From a virus (Duplodnaviria > Caudoviricetes): a stretch of 64,000 nucleotides of DNA. The position numbers were made by a program, and so were the translations under genes. This document shows, piece by piece, positions 18,501 through 30,600 of this stretch (its first letter is position 1; every line of letters starts with the position of its first letter). The stretch is from positions 4,609 through 68,608 of the IMG/VR virus record IMGVR_UViG_3300037067_010363; one strand, 5' to 3'. The notes beneath the pieces were generated by a model. The model was not told the DNA's origin. It saw only the letters and a program-made list of their open reading frames with translations, and searched no databases.

Positions 18501-19770
18501 TTAAATCAAAATAATTTTTTTTGATAGGTTTTGTTGTTATATCAACTATTGATACAACATATTCACCATTTTCAATTGCATGAACAATTACTAATGGATT
18601 TAAACCTTCATAAATAGGATTATAAAGATGTTTTAATGCTTCATTATTAGCTAATTCTTTATATTCAAGTGCATAAAGAAATGGCTCGTCTAATGATAGT
18701 TTATCAACTAATTCGTTAATAACTGCATTACTATATTTTTCTTTTCCAAAAATATGATTTGCTATATGAATAAATTTTTCTTCAGTTAAAACATCATCTT
18801 TTCTTGCTTCATAAATTGCTGTTACAAATGATTTGCATTTTCCTTTGAATTCTTTTTCATATTTATTTATATAAGGTATTATTTGTTCTCTAACTTTATT
18901 TATTAATTCTGATTGTGTTAATGATTCTGGAAATATAAACTTTTTACCATATTCATATTTAAACGGTTTTCCTTTTTCATGATTAGTTATCATTGAATTT
19001 ATAATAATATTTGTCAATTTATTTTCTTCTATAAATATCATTGTTGATTGATCTGTACTATTATTGTTAAATTTTGGTACAAAATCTCTTAAATTATCTA
19101 CATAATCTAAACTAAATTGAAAACTATCATCTTGTGCTTTTAATAATTCTATAGATAATTTATCTTCTTCAGATAATTCAGAATAATACTTTTCTATTTG
19201 TTCGTCATTGCGTATTCTTTTAAGTTCTTCTTCCGACATATAATCAGGTTTATGAAATTTTATCTTCCATAATTGATAACCTTTTTTAGTCGTAAAGCCA
19301 ACAACACTAAAATTATCTCTGCCTACTTTGTATTCTCTTACAATATTATCAATATCCATTTCGGCTTGTTCTTTATGAAAATATGTCCTAGTATTTAAAC
19401 TTCTATTAAGATAATTTCTTAATCTGTTTACTTTATCAAATTCATTTTTGTCTGTAAATAAATGTTCATTATAATAATAATCTAATGAATATGTAGCTGA
19501 TAAATTGAATATCTTATAGCCTCCCTCTACTTCATAATACTTGTAAACATTATTAGTGTAAGATAGGTTTATTAATGCTTCTGTAAGCTCTTCTTTTGTT
19601 GCGTATATTTTATCTGTAATACTATCTGATTTACCTTTAACAAATTCTTTAAATCCTTCTATATCTTGTGATAAGAACTCATTGATAAATTCATTAAAAT
19701 TATTTTTAAAATATTTCTCAAACTCTTGTTGAGAATACTTATTATTTTTATATGTAATTATACAAGCCAT
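15508..19770 (-). CDS. Large putative ejection/cargo protein (1420 aa)
   Basis: Size and position downstream of the vRNAP giant; hydrophobic C-terminal helices (QMSLMVLLYALIKGG). Confidence 0.6.
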   Translation of the reverse strand: MACIITYKNNKYSQQEFEKYFKNNFNEFINEFLSQDIEGFKEFVKGKSDSITDKIYATKEELTEALINLSYTNNVYKYYEVEGGYKIFNLSATYSLDYYYNEHLFTDKNEFDKVNRLRNYLNRSLNTRTYFHKEQAEMDIDNIVREYKVGRDNFSVVGFTTKKGYQLWKIKFHKPDYMSEEELKRIRNDEQIEKYYSELSEEDKLSIELLKAQDDSFQFSLDYVDNLRDFVPKFNNNSTDQSTMIFIEENKLTNIIINSMITNHEKGKPFKYEYGKKFIFPESLTQSELINKVREQIIPYINKYEKEFKGKCKSFVTAIYEARKDDVLTEEKFIHIANHIFGKEKYSNAVINELVDKLSLDEPFLYALEYKELANNEALKHLYNPIYEGLNPLVIVHAIENGEYVVSIVDITTKPIKKNYFDLNDNKILSILENDSESDVRGLKLSNHDEDIRLFMLGVTMMKMMQMSLKDNKPTIRFNNVGVMSINNNKINNKMAYDINSLIRQIKLVADNKILQNFIINEDIKSLLNNKSVYEYEYKQSYFTILKQHIKESITNGKLSTAKEKFMAEQLKVLDSNLNINDIKRILRNRLTYLQSQYKGDEYLHSQEFIDTALALKELDYNFNGTINDIEDMSALQKSLQSSHMLSDENLQWLRDIMFSQEKATVRNVIKLKKEIMTELESFISRNGSKYSILSLIKSNGSDIFKHMFKKKNVQIQGTNKFVEVTLPILHYTIDDPETKKLVDTGYISKEDLAFTEKLVNQLENEYIKCFEHTLSKQPRYMNPDGTSKVTKENVMDALYASGYIKGNVIVLQKSVNELLFSGNASNAWQRYLSQTGNTSIILDETINKQERKKSDIKDDISSYILNQLNQDRLFYNAGLIIDHVNSTPNNTVYILKDENANNMMSTNLETIYNHITLSIERKIDIENRVIPAYNSVLSILKMYENTTDIDLKNSIQYVKDYYKRNILSRDADERLIVKSTPIILGRKKDEKGNIIKKGITVGGTTDISKIVKSLVHTSSFFVLGYSVTTGVKSLIYNELSMFINGLASSLSGASKSNIALPGIIDLLKAQEVLIKGITGYNPETKKLIELGKKFGLINRTERDMISNPLINKTSRNWWDATYAHILNSGTDMGARLISMAAVLMKYKSWDAYTYNEQTGEIDYDITKDGMYSVDGHIDEANGKHVLVQSLKERLIDQGQMTNEDTVFPVGLDDTLVDGTLKWFADKFIIGNMDSKSKNLLGHTTIGVLISQFRMFQLTKLENAGLFAGKRNTTQGVAYKAIKDENGNWISTKELLEIEGVWQSFWTTVDTLFVQHKSYKELSQITKFNNAKLSVQMSLMVLLYALIKGGFDDDDDKFAWIYSDITIGPTVAEIFSKNPLPSLSIYSDLINATFNPSVEKIFKKIGLTRNFIPLINLNKE

Positions 19771-19774
19771 AGTT

Positions 19775-20383
19775 TTAATATTGATAACGCTTAACAGATG
19801 ATATAGATATTCCTAATTGTTGTGCAGTTTTAGATATACTAACTCCACTCAATCTTAATTGCTTAATTTTTAGGATGATTTCATTCGACAGTACTTTTGC
19901 TTTTGAAATTTTATTTCTTGTTTCTTTAGAAAATTGTCTTCCTATAGAAGCAATTCTTATTTTTTCCTTAGTTTCATCAGAAGGTTTTATAATTCTGTTT
20001 GCATAGATATTATCCCAATACTCCTTATTATTTTTATGATGCTCAGATATTTTGTTTTTATGATTTTCACTTCTTTTAATTCCGTTACAGTTAGCTGCCT
20101 TTTTACATAAATTAAAATGAGGTTGTAGAGTATCTATATAATATTGCTCTCTTTCTATTATATTATCACAAATTTCAATAATTTCAATATTAATATTTTG
20201 ATGTTTATTCCAAGCTCTTTGCAAATATATAGAGTGGTGCAAATTTCTTTCCAAATCAAGTAGATGTTTTGACAATCTAATTCCTATATTTTTAGCACTA
20301 CCTATGTAAAATTTATTATTTATAGTAAGTTTATAAATCCCAGATTGATTTTTGTACTGTTGATATAATTCTTTTCTTAACAT
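19775..20383 (-). CDS. GIY-YIG homing endonuclease with NUMOD3-like and HTH modules
   Basis: SGIYKL...FYIGSAKNI..RL..H...EREQYYID...FNL; SENHKNKISE and SDETKEKIR repeats; C-terminal HTH. Confidence 0.9.
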   Translation of the reverse strand: MLRKELYQQYKNQSGIYKLTINNKFYIGSAKNIGIRLSKHLLDLERNLHHSIYLQRAWNKHQNINIEIIEICDNIIEREQYYIDTLQPHFNLCKKAANCNGIKRSENHKNKISEHHKNNKEYWDNIYANRIIKPSDETKEKIRIASIGRQFSKETRNKISKAKVLSNEIILKIKQLRLSGVSISKTAQQLGISISSVKRYQY

Positions 20384-21651
20384 TTCCTATCAATTTTATT
20401 ATTTACAACTAAAAACTCTTCTACTGCTGCAAAATTTTTAGACATTATATAATCTCTAAATTGCTGAATACTTCCAATTTTAGAATAGCTGCTATTTTCA
20501 TAAGATACAAAGTTAGCAAAATTTTCTATATCTTGTTTAGAACCTAATATATGGATTTGTTCTGGTTTAAATACTACAATTTGATTTTCACCAGCATCAT
20601 ATATTCTATTATCTGATTGCTTTCCACCTTTCAACAAAAGACCATCAGCATTTTCTTTTAAACTACTACTATCGTCGTAATTATCAAACCAATCTTTTAC
20701 AGTCAGGTTTTTGGGATTTTCTATATTAAGAATTACCTGTTCAGTTATACCTTTATTATTCTGTATATACTCTTGATATTTTTTAGCATCTCTTTCAATT
20801 TGTTCTTTAGTAGCTCCCATTTTTTCAAAGAAAGCTATTTCCGATTTTATTTGTTCAATGGTAGGATTTAGTCCAAATTTCTTTACAATCCCCTGTATAA
20901 TTGAATCTTCAAATTCATCGTCTTTATATTTAACAGCATAAATATTGGCAGCATTCTTATCATCTGTAAAAAATATACCTAACTCTCTACTTTTTTTGTT
21001 AGTTGGATTATCTATTGATCCACGATAAACAATATATTTTACTTTACTATCAGGAAATATAGTATCAAGATATTGAGAATATAGTTGTTGTGCTTGTTGT
21101 TTTTGTTGTGGGGTTATTTGGTTGATGATAGAATCTTGTAACAACCCAATCTCAGTATTATACAAATCTTTCAATTTTTGTATATTTTCTTCTGTAGGAT
21201 TACTGCGAGATTGAGATATAATGTCTATATCTTCACCACCTAAAGATATTTGTCCTCTCTCTTGTTTTTCGAGTAACTCTCTTCTTATTTCAATAGGTGT
21301 TTTTATTGTATCAATTTTAGTTTTAATTTTAACAGGAAACCCTAAAGCTTCATATATCTCATTAGCTAATTCAGGATTAGATTCAAATAATTCTTCAACT
21401 CCTTGTTTGATAGCAAATTTAGATTTCAAATTAAGATAAGGTGATTGTTCTTTTGATAACAAACTAAATGATTCATGATTTTTAGCAAATACATTTTTAC
21501 TTAAATCAGATAATATATCTGTTATTCTTAATCCACTAATATTATTCCTTAATGTTTGTGATTTAAAAAACTCTTGTTTGTTTTTATCTATTAAATCATA
21601 AAATTCAGATTCAGAATATTCATTACCTTTGAAAACATATACACAACTCAT
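20377..21651 (-). CDS. ADP-ribosyltransferase-like (ART-PolyVal-type) module protein
   Basis: IVYRGS...GIFFTDDK..A..Y...ILNIENP...DGL...ENQIVVFKPEQI follows the ART-like pattern seen in polyvalent proteins. Confidence 0.55.
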   Translation of the reverse strand: MSCVYVFKGNEYSESEFYDLIDKNKQEFFKSQTLRNNISGLRITDILSDLSKNVFAKNHESFSLLSKEQSPYLNLKSKFAIKQGVEELFESNPELANEIYEALGFPVKIKTKIDTIKTPIEIRRELLEKQERGQISLGGEDIDIISQSRSNPTEENIQKLKDLYNTEIGLLQDSIINQITPQQKQQAQQLYSQYLDTIFPDSKVKYIVYRGSIDNPTNKKSRELGIFFTDDKNAANIYAVKYKDDEFEDSIIQGIVKKFGLNPTIEQIKSEIAFFEKMGATKEQIERDAKKYQEYIQNNKGITEQVILNIENPKNLTVKDWFDNYDDSSSLKENADGLLLKGGKQSDNRIYDAGENQIVVFKPEQIHILGSKQDIENFANFVSYENSSYSKIGSIQQFRDYIMSKNFAAVEEFLVVNNKIDRKC

Positions 21652-21652
21652 A

Positions 21653-24600
21653 TTAACATATTATTTGTAATCCTTTACTTTTTAAATCATTCTCTATATT
21701 TTCTTTAGTATACAATAATTCATTTTCTACTGTATCTCCAAACAAATATCTTAAACTATCATTTAAACTATTTTCATACATCTTAAACAATGACCATAAT
21801 TCTGATACAATTTTTTTATCTTTAAATTCATATCTATTATTATTCATTAAAAAATCTCTAACATTTTCTTCTGATTGAAATCCAGCTATAGTTGCAATAA
21901 CTTCACTAATTAATGATTCTAAATTTAATGAAATTCTGTTTTGTTTATATTTTTCTTTTATTGATAAAACAATGGGATTATTATTGTTTATTAATTCTAT
22001 TGCATCATTTCTTAATTGACTATATTTTCTTGGATTTACTTCTTTCAAAGCCTTTTCCCACATATGGGTTAGTTCATGTATAAAATCTGTTGATAATACT
22101 CTATCTGTATTTATATAAACAACACCTTTCAAAACAAATGCTCTAGCTTTAACATCATCACCATATAATCGTTTTACTTCTTCATCATTTGTTTCTACTA
22201 TAGTAACATCTTTTATTTTATTAGATATATGGTTTATTAATAATCTAACTGCATCCCTATTTAATTTAATTCCTTCAAATGTTTTTAATTCATCTAATGA
22301 GAATTGACTATTCTTTTTCAAGTTTTCAATTTTCTCTAAAATCTGCAAACTTTCATTATTTTTTCCTACCTTTTTAAATTCACAAACAGAAGTAGTTTTC
22401 CATATAACTTTTAATATATCCCCTGTTTCTGTTATTACTTCCTGTTCATTCATATATGTATAACCATTATGAAATGTATGTGAAATAATTTGACCAGGAA
22501 GCATTGTTTTTATTTTTGCTAACTCAAAACCTGAAAATATTCTTGTCAATTCTATATCAGTTATATTGCTTTGTGAATTAATATCAGTATCTATTTCTTT
22601 ATTTAATAACCAAAATGCATTGTCTTTATCATATCCAAATCCTTCAAGAAATGTGAAGTATTCTCTCATATAATTATATCTTGCTCCTGTATCCTTTATT
22701 TTAATTCTTTTTACTTCATGTAATGATTCACCTGGTTCACTTAATATACTTTCATTTTGTCCATGAATAACAGAACCTTGATCAGAAAATTGAATTGCTC
22801 TTAATAATTTTTCAGATATTGTTGTAACAAAATTTTTATCTTTTAAATTCATTCTTGTTGCTTTTATGGAATCTGAAAATTCAGTTAACCAATCTATACC
22901 CATAACATGCATTATGGAGCCATTTTTAAACTTTAAATTATGTTGTATTATTTCATAATGTTGAAATAATGTTTTAAGCCATGGTGTAAACTTTGCAAAT
23001 TCATCCTGATATAATTGCATATCTTGTTCATTTATTGCAGCAGAATTCCTCAATATTAACCTTTCTGAAGTATCTTGTCCTATTATTTCTAATTTTTTAA
23101 TAAAACTACTATTCTTTAATAAAGATAAATCATTAGATGTTAAATCTATTTGTTTGTATTTTTTAATCATTTCTGAATAACTCATATCTTGAATATCATT
23201 TAAAAATTCTTTCATGAATTCTGGCAAACATTTAGAATATAACTTCCTTCCCTTTGAATCAGATAAATCTATATTTGATAAACCAACTATATTTTTAACT
23301 GGTTCTCCTAATATTTCATTGAATTCTAAAAATGACAAATCTACATTTTTATTTTTCAATGATTTAAAATATACATCTTTAAAGATTTCCATTATATTAT
23401 TGTAGAATTTAATTCTTCGTGATTGAAAATCCCAAGTCCTTAATTCCATACTATTTAAATACACTTGTTCTATCTGTTTGAATACTTTATTATTAATATC
23501 CCAATGTTCTGTATTTGATTGTTTTTCAAACGCACATAATTTTAAACCATTTTCGATATGTGGAAACTTCTGAACTAATGCTTTTATGTTCCCTAATTTC
23601 GCTATGTCTATCTCTCTTTTAATTATCTTGTTTGTTAATTTTGTATCTCTTGGTCCATTACTATTACTTGCCCTACGACGTTCTAAATTGTCTGCTCTTA
23701 AATATTCTGTACTATGTTCTTTGAAAAATTCAATATGTTTTTCAAGTGACCAATTAAATGCATCATAGTTTTCTAAAAGACTTCCTATTGATAATTCATA
23801 ATTAAATATATCCCTTTCAAATTCATAGTCATTTACTTTAATACCATTTCTTAATGATATAATATCACCAAATCTTTTAATAAATGCTCCTTCATCTAAA
23901 TATTGACTTAATGTATTTAACGAGTTGATACTTTCTTGACTATTAATAATTTCATTCATCTTATTTATTTCATCTTGAATGGCTATTATTTTATCTAATA
24001 AAGAGTTATCATCTATTTCTATTGACTTCTCGATTATATTATCTATTTTATCTTCTAATGATATTTCTAATTGATTAGCTTGTTCAATATATCTTTGTCT
24101 TTCTTCTTCATCGAAATATTTTTTCTCTTTAACTTCTTTCTTATTTTTTTCTTTACTTTTTCTATATTCAGATATTTCTTTTTGTGTAACATCAATTACA
24201 GAATATAGTGTATCAAGTTCATCTATTAATTGATTTTTTTTGGTTAAAGCTTTATCAATAGATGATTGATCTAAAGACATTAATGATGCTAATGTATCTT
24301 CTATTATGTCTTTTATTTGATAATCTTTTTTCTTATTGTCTATATTTTCTCCTTTTTGTGATTTGCTAAATACTTGTTTTATTGCAGGAGAATTTAAATA
24401 TGTTTTTATTTTTATATTTGACCAACCATGTAATATTAATATAGTCACTAATGATGCGTTTGTTTCATTAATGCCATATTCTCCTAATAACATTTCTTTT
24501 GCATTATCTAATGCTATCTGTAAATAATCTCCTATTCTTAATGGAATCCCATTATTGCCAGTTTCTAATAACATATTTTCGATAAATGCAAAACCAGGCA

Positions 24601-27600
24601 ATATTTTTTTAAATTCATTTATGTCTGTTATTTGTAACATATATGAAATTGTACTTAATGATTTTGCAAATATGCTTATAGTATCTGATGCAGTAGAAGA
24701 TGCATGATAGTTCTCAACAAATGTAGCAAATGTCCCACTTCTTAAATATTTATAATTATTCTTCTGCTTATCAAATTCATTTTGTTCTTCTTTACTTAAT
24801 GCTTTATATTCATCTGTTTCTTTAATTTCATGTAAAGGCATATCAACAATACTTCTTAAATCATCTATATTAGAATCTATTAATATAGCTTTATGATTTT
24901 CTTTATTGTTGTATATATCATATATTGATTCCAATATATAATCTTGTAATTCTTCATATGTATTTATTTCATCTATGTCTTTTAATGTGCCATTTTCATC
25001 TCTTACTTCATTGTACGTTAAATTATTAGATATATATTTAAAATAAGCAGATAATTGGTCTATGTCAAAGTCACTATCATTCAATACAGTCAATCCTAAT
25101 GGTATATATATGTTATTGCCATTATCTTGCACAAATCCTTTTATTCTTGCTTTTGCCCCATATCCTAATCTTGATGTTGGTATACGAACTAAAAACATAT
25201 CTAAAGCTTTATCAAGTGCTTTATAATATTGTTTCATATATTCTATTGGATTATATGAAATATTAATTTTGTCTGCTAAATTTTCAGGTATATAAAACGC
25301 ATCTTCTTCTTCATTGTAAATATATCCTTTTGCGTTAGCATATTCTATTTTTGCTCTTAATATATCAAAATCGTCAAATTCTCGTTTGCTTATAAATCTT
25401 TTTAGATTTGTTCTATCTTCGTAGATAGGATCTGATATTGACTTATTAAAATCATCTAATACTAATTGATTAGCTTCATTATTAGCTTTAACATATTTCT
25501 TATTATTTTCTTTATAATATATCTTACGTAAAAATATATTACTTCTTTCGTCTAATAATGTTTTATCTTTTAAGAATTCCTCCATTTCGGGAGTAAACTT
25601 ACTATCTTTTATAAGTAATGTACCATATTTACCTGATTTATCTTTATAATGAATAGTTAAAGCATCTGTTAATGTTTCGCCTTTTTCTAATTCAAAATTT
25701 TTAAAATATGAAAAACTTACAAATACTTCTGCTTGTTTCATAGTATTATCACCTGACTGCATAGATTCTAAATCTCTTACTTTATAATCTTGATATACGC
25801 CAGAATTTACAATATCTACTAACTCTTTATTTGTAAATCTTCTTCCTAATCTATTTTCTATATCCTTAATTGTTAATGTTTCATTATCATTTTCAAACAA
25901 TTTAAATCCATATCCTGATGCTTGATTTAATCTTGTTCCATACATTTTTTGTCGTAATGAACGTGATGTTAAATAATTTCTTAATAATTGAACTATTGCT
26001 GTTCTATACTGTGGTATCTGAATGCTTAATTCTTTATTATTTAATACTTCTGCTAATGAACCGGAATACTTACTTCTATTTATTGAATTTAATGATAAAT
26101 TTCTAACATATTCATCGAAGTTTTTATTCATCTCTTCTTTAATTGGCTCTATTTCTTTTTCATATATTTTGCTAAAAGCTTTAAATATACGTTCAGCTAT
26201 TTGACTATTTTCTTTATTATTAGAACCTATAAATGATAACAATTGATGCATCACTTGTACGTTCTTTGTTTCTTCTACATCTTGATTTGGATTTAATACT
26301 AAACCTATTTCTTTTGAATTTAATGTTCTTGTAACTAAATTCATATTCCTATTAACACCAGTAAAATCATATTGATTTATTCCTGTTTCGTAACTTTTTA
26401 CTCCACTCTTATATTGAAAACCCCAAATCATGTTATTTTTTATAATACCTTTTAATCTAGGATCATTTATATTGTTTATATAGTCAAACATATAATCAGC
26501 TACTAAGTCTAAATCATTTAATTCTTTCATTTTAGAATTAAATATATCTAATAATGAAATATTATAATTTACAAATTTATTATTTGCATCTATAAAACAT
26601 TCTTTATCCCATGTAAGTAATATATCTTCCATATAAAGACGATACAAATAATTGTCATTGTATGTATCACTAGTAATAACATCGTCAGCATGTTTAATAA
26701 TATGTCTTTCTCCTGTAGCGTAATCTGTGTAATTAGCCATAGTTTTATACATCTGTTTTCCTGTAGGAGCATTTTCAAATCCTCCAAATGATTTAATTAT
26801 AAATCTATTTGCTATTGGATTACCTACCATTTGTCCATCTGCAATTCTAACTTTTTTACCTGTAACTGGGTCATTTATATATTTCTCTTTATTTATACCT
26901 TCATCATCAACAACTATATATTTCATTTTAGAACTTACACCATTTTCAGTATCAGGAACTAATTTGTTTTTTGGAGTTACAAATGTGTGTTTCCTTTTAT
27001 TCTCATCTAATTGTGATGAATACTCTTGTCTATCACCCCAAAATATAGGATTGAAATTTTGTGCATTAAGAAAATAAGCCCAATATTGTGCTTTAAAATA
27101 ATCATTCACAGATTTATCTTTATTGAAGAAAGGACTTTCTTGTCCTGTTAATTTTGCAACATCTTCAGATACTATTACATTGTTATTATAATAAGCTGAT
27201 ATGTGTCTATTATATTCATTTTTAAATAACTGTTCTATATATTTTATTTTACTTTCTAGGTTGTCTAATGATTTCCATTTATTATATGTCCATGTATTAA
27301 ATATTTTGTCGTATTCTCTTAATCCATATTCTTTACCATTTATTTCAGCTTTAACTTCTGAATTCATAGATGTTGCATATCCTAATAAGAAATATTCTTC
27401 ACCAAATTTTTTTGTCATTACAAAATCTTCATTACCATGTAGATATTTCTTTGCTTCATAAATAAAGTTATTATATTTTTCTTTATTAGACTTTATGTTT
27501 TGAATAAAAGAATATAATGTTGTTTCAAACATTTTTATATTATCCTTTTCAAATAATTCAGGATTTGCTAATAATATTAATTCATCAGAAGTTAATATTC

Positions 27601-30600
27601 CATTTTCTGATAATTTTTTAATAAAGACTTTCCATCTATTAATTGAAACAACTCTATTTCTTTCATACCTATCAAAGATTTTATCAAGATGTTTGCTTAA
27701 TACTTTGTAATTGATAATTACTTTAGATATTTTATGTTTGTCTAATACTACATTAAACAATCTTTCATTTCCTGTTCCATCAATAGTAAATACTGCTTCA
27801 TATATTTTAGTTTTATCTGATATATTGTCTAATAAAACACTTAATGTTTCCACTTTATCAGAAGCGGATTTTACTAAACTCGTATAAAACAATTCATTAA
27901 ATGTAATTATAGCATCATGTGTATTTGGAGATACTACAGACTTATTAGATGATATTCCAGTAAATTTATTTACTCTGTATAATCTTGTAGAAGATGATTT
28001 ATCTAAATAATCATAAAGAGGTTTTCCATTAGCATCAAAATATTTAGAGTTGTCAATATCTGACATATCAATTCTTGATATTTCTTCTTCTATTATACTA
28101 GAACCATATTCTTCAAATTTGTTTAAATCATCTCTTAATTGATATTTATATTCTTTAGTATTGTCAACTCTATATATGAACATTAATTTATCATCAGGTC
28201 TATTACTTATTTCTCTATTTGCTAAAAATGTTAAAAATCTATATAGGTCTGTTGGTTTATGAATTGTTTTTACTTCGTCAAGTATTTCTGTATTTTCATT
28301 TAATATAATTTTAGACATTGGATCAACTATAGCCTTTTCTCCTAACTTAGAATAATAAGAATCTATTAAATCTTCAACATATTCTAATTCAGATAATTTA
28401 TTCTTATATTCAACTATTGATATATTATTATTTTTTAAATCATTATCTAAGTCTACTTTTACTTTTGTTTCATTATAATAATATTGTAATGTTAAAAACA
28501 TAGCAGATATACTTTCAGCCATAAAATTTTTAGCATCTTCTTTTTCATTCTGTGATTTATAATTAGGGACCTTTTTTAATAATTCAAATTGTATCTCTTT
28601 ATTATCTTTTAGTAAATCATTAAATGTTATTAATGAAATAGATTTTTTCAAACCAAATAACGCAAGTATTTCTTTGGCATATGTTTCATTATATTTAAAA
28701 TATTCATCTGTAAAAAAAGCTTTTATTCTATTATTGTCATCTTTTTTATATTCTAATATCTTTATTTCTTTACCTTTTACATTATAATAAACACCATCTT
28801 GTTTAACATTAAATTTTCTGTATTTATTATTCTTGTCTATTTTAGATATAATATGATTTCTTAAATCGCCATTTATATCAAATATATTATTCTCTATATT
28901 GTCTTTTAAGAAATTCTTAAACATTTCATCATCATTCTTTGATAATCTTATAATGTTTGCAACCTTTTTATGTAATGCATGATTATATTCCATCTCTATT
29001 TTTACTACTGATGCTTCATGCAAATTCATAAAATTGCATATTATATGAGTCATAAAATTTTCTATTGCCACTTTCCTTTCAGGTATATTTGTATTCTTTT
29101 TTAAGTTTTTTAAACTTAATGAGGAATAACCATTGACTATATCTGGAAGTCCATACATTCTTTCTAATAAAGACATTGCTGCATTAAATCGTGGTGTATT
29201 TGGTTGTAATGATATAGCATAATTATATAACACTTTTGCAAATTTATCTTCATATGAATTTCTAGAACTATTATTTAATTCTAAATTCAAACTATCTGTA
29301 ATAGCGTATAAAATATATTTAATTTCTTTCGGACTACAATATGAACTATTATCCCATCCGTTATTTTTTATTGATGTAATCTTTCCATTACTAAAACCTA
29401 CTGTATATGTATAATATGGAACTCCTTCCATAAACATTTTAAGATTATTAGATATTTGTCTATCTGCATTAAATTTACTTTTATCATATAACGCAACATC
29501 ATCATGTTTTACTTCAAATATTTCATTTAAAATAGGATCTATAACATCATCAAATGAAACATGATATGCAAAATAGTCTTGTAATACATTGCTGTCTTTT
29601 GCTGATTTAGCCTCTGTGTATGTTAGTTCAGATAATTGTTTATTATATTCTTTAACAATTTTTACTCCTAGTAATCTAAATGATGAATAATGATTTTTTA
29701 CTTTATTTATTACTTCTTCAATACTACCTACATCTTGATCCATACTTCTTCCTAAATACGAAAAACTTAAACATGTTCTTGATAATGATGTCTTTACTCT
29801 TTCTACATCATTGCCAAAATATTTAGACAAATGCGAATATTTTAATTTTTGGTTTTCATGTTTACTTCTTTTATCATTTGACACTTCATCGTCTAATATA
29901 GCATCAGAACCTTCAATATCTAAATCACCTTTGATGTTATATGCTACAGTATTACTTAATTCAAAATGTGGAGTTTTATTTACGAAACTACCACTATTAA
30001 TCATTTCATATAATTCTGTTAATTTTGTAGAATGATAAAACCACTTACTTACTATATTCTCTAACCAATCAAAAAATCTTCTTATTATTCCTGTTTTAAC
30101 ATTCTTGTCTGTACGACCAAACTTTCTAGCCATCCATTCTTCTGCATCAGTTATATCAGTTATACCAGTTATATTATTAACTTCTTTTAATAATGTTTGT
30201 TGTTCTTCTTTTGTTAGATAATATTTAAATATAACATGGAATATTTCATGTCTTACTGTTGGTTTGTCTATTCCCATCTTTGTAAGTTCATAATATATTT
30301 TACCATTTAATACCATTCCAAATAAATCTATTCCATCATGAGTTAATTTATCTCTAGTAATAACTCTATCAACCCATTCTTCTCCTAATAATTCTTTTAC
30401 AATATTTAAAGCTTCTTGTTTTGCATAACCATATTGAGCTAATGACATTCTTCTTCTATTAAAAGCCACAGTTGCAGCACGAACTCCATTTTTATTTTCT
30501 TGAAGTATATAGAAATAAGAAGGATGATGTATATCAGTTTTTTTCCCTATTGTTAATTTCTCTATATCTAAATCCGATATTTCACCAGATTTATTTTTAG

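Noticed and set aside
19775-20383. Group I intron around the GIY-YIG gene
   Set aside because: The flanking ORFs have their own stop and start within a few nt, leaving no space for a ribozyme core.
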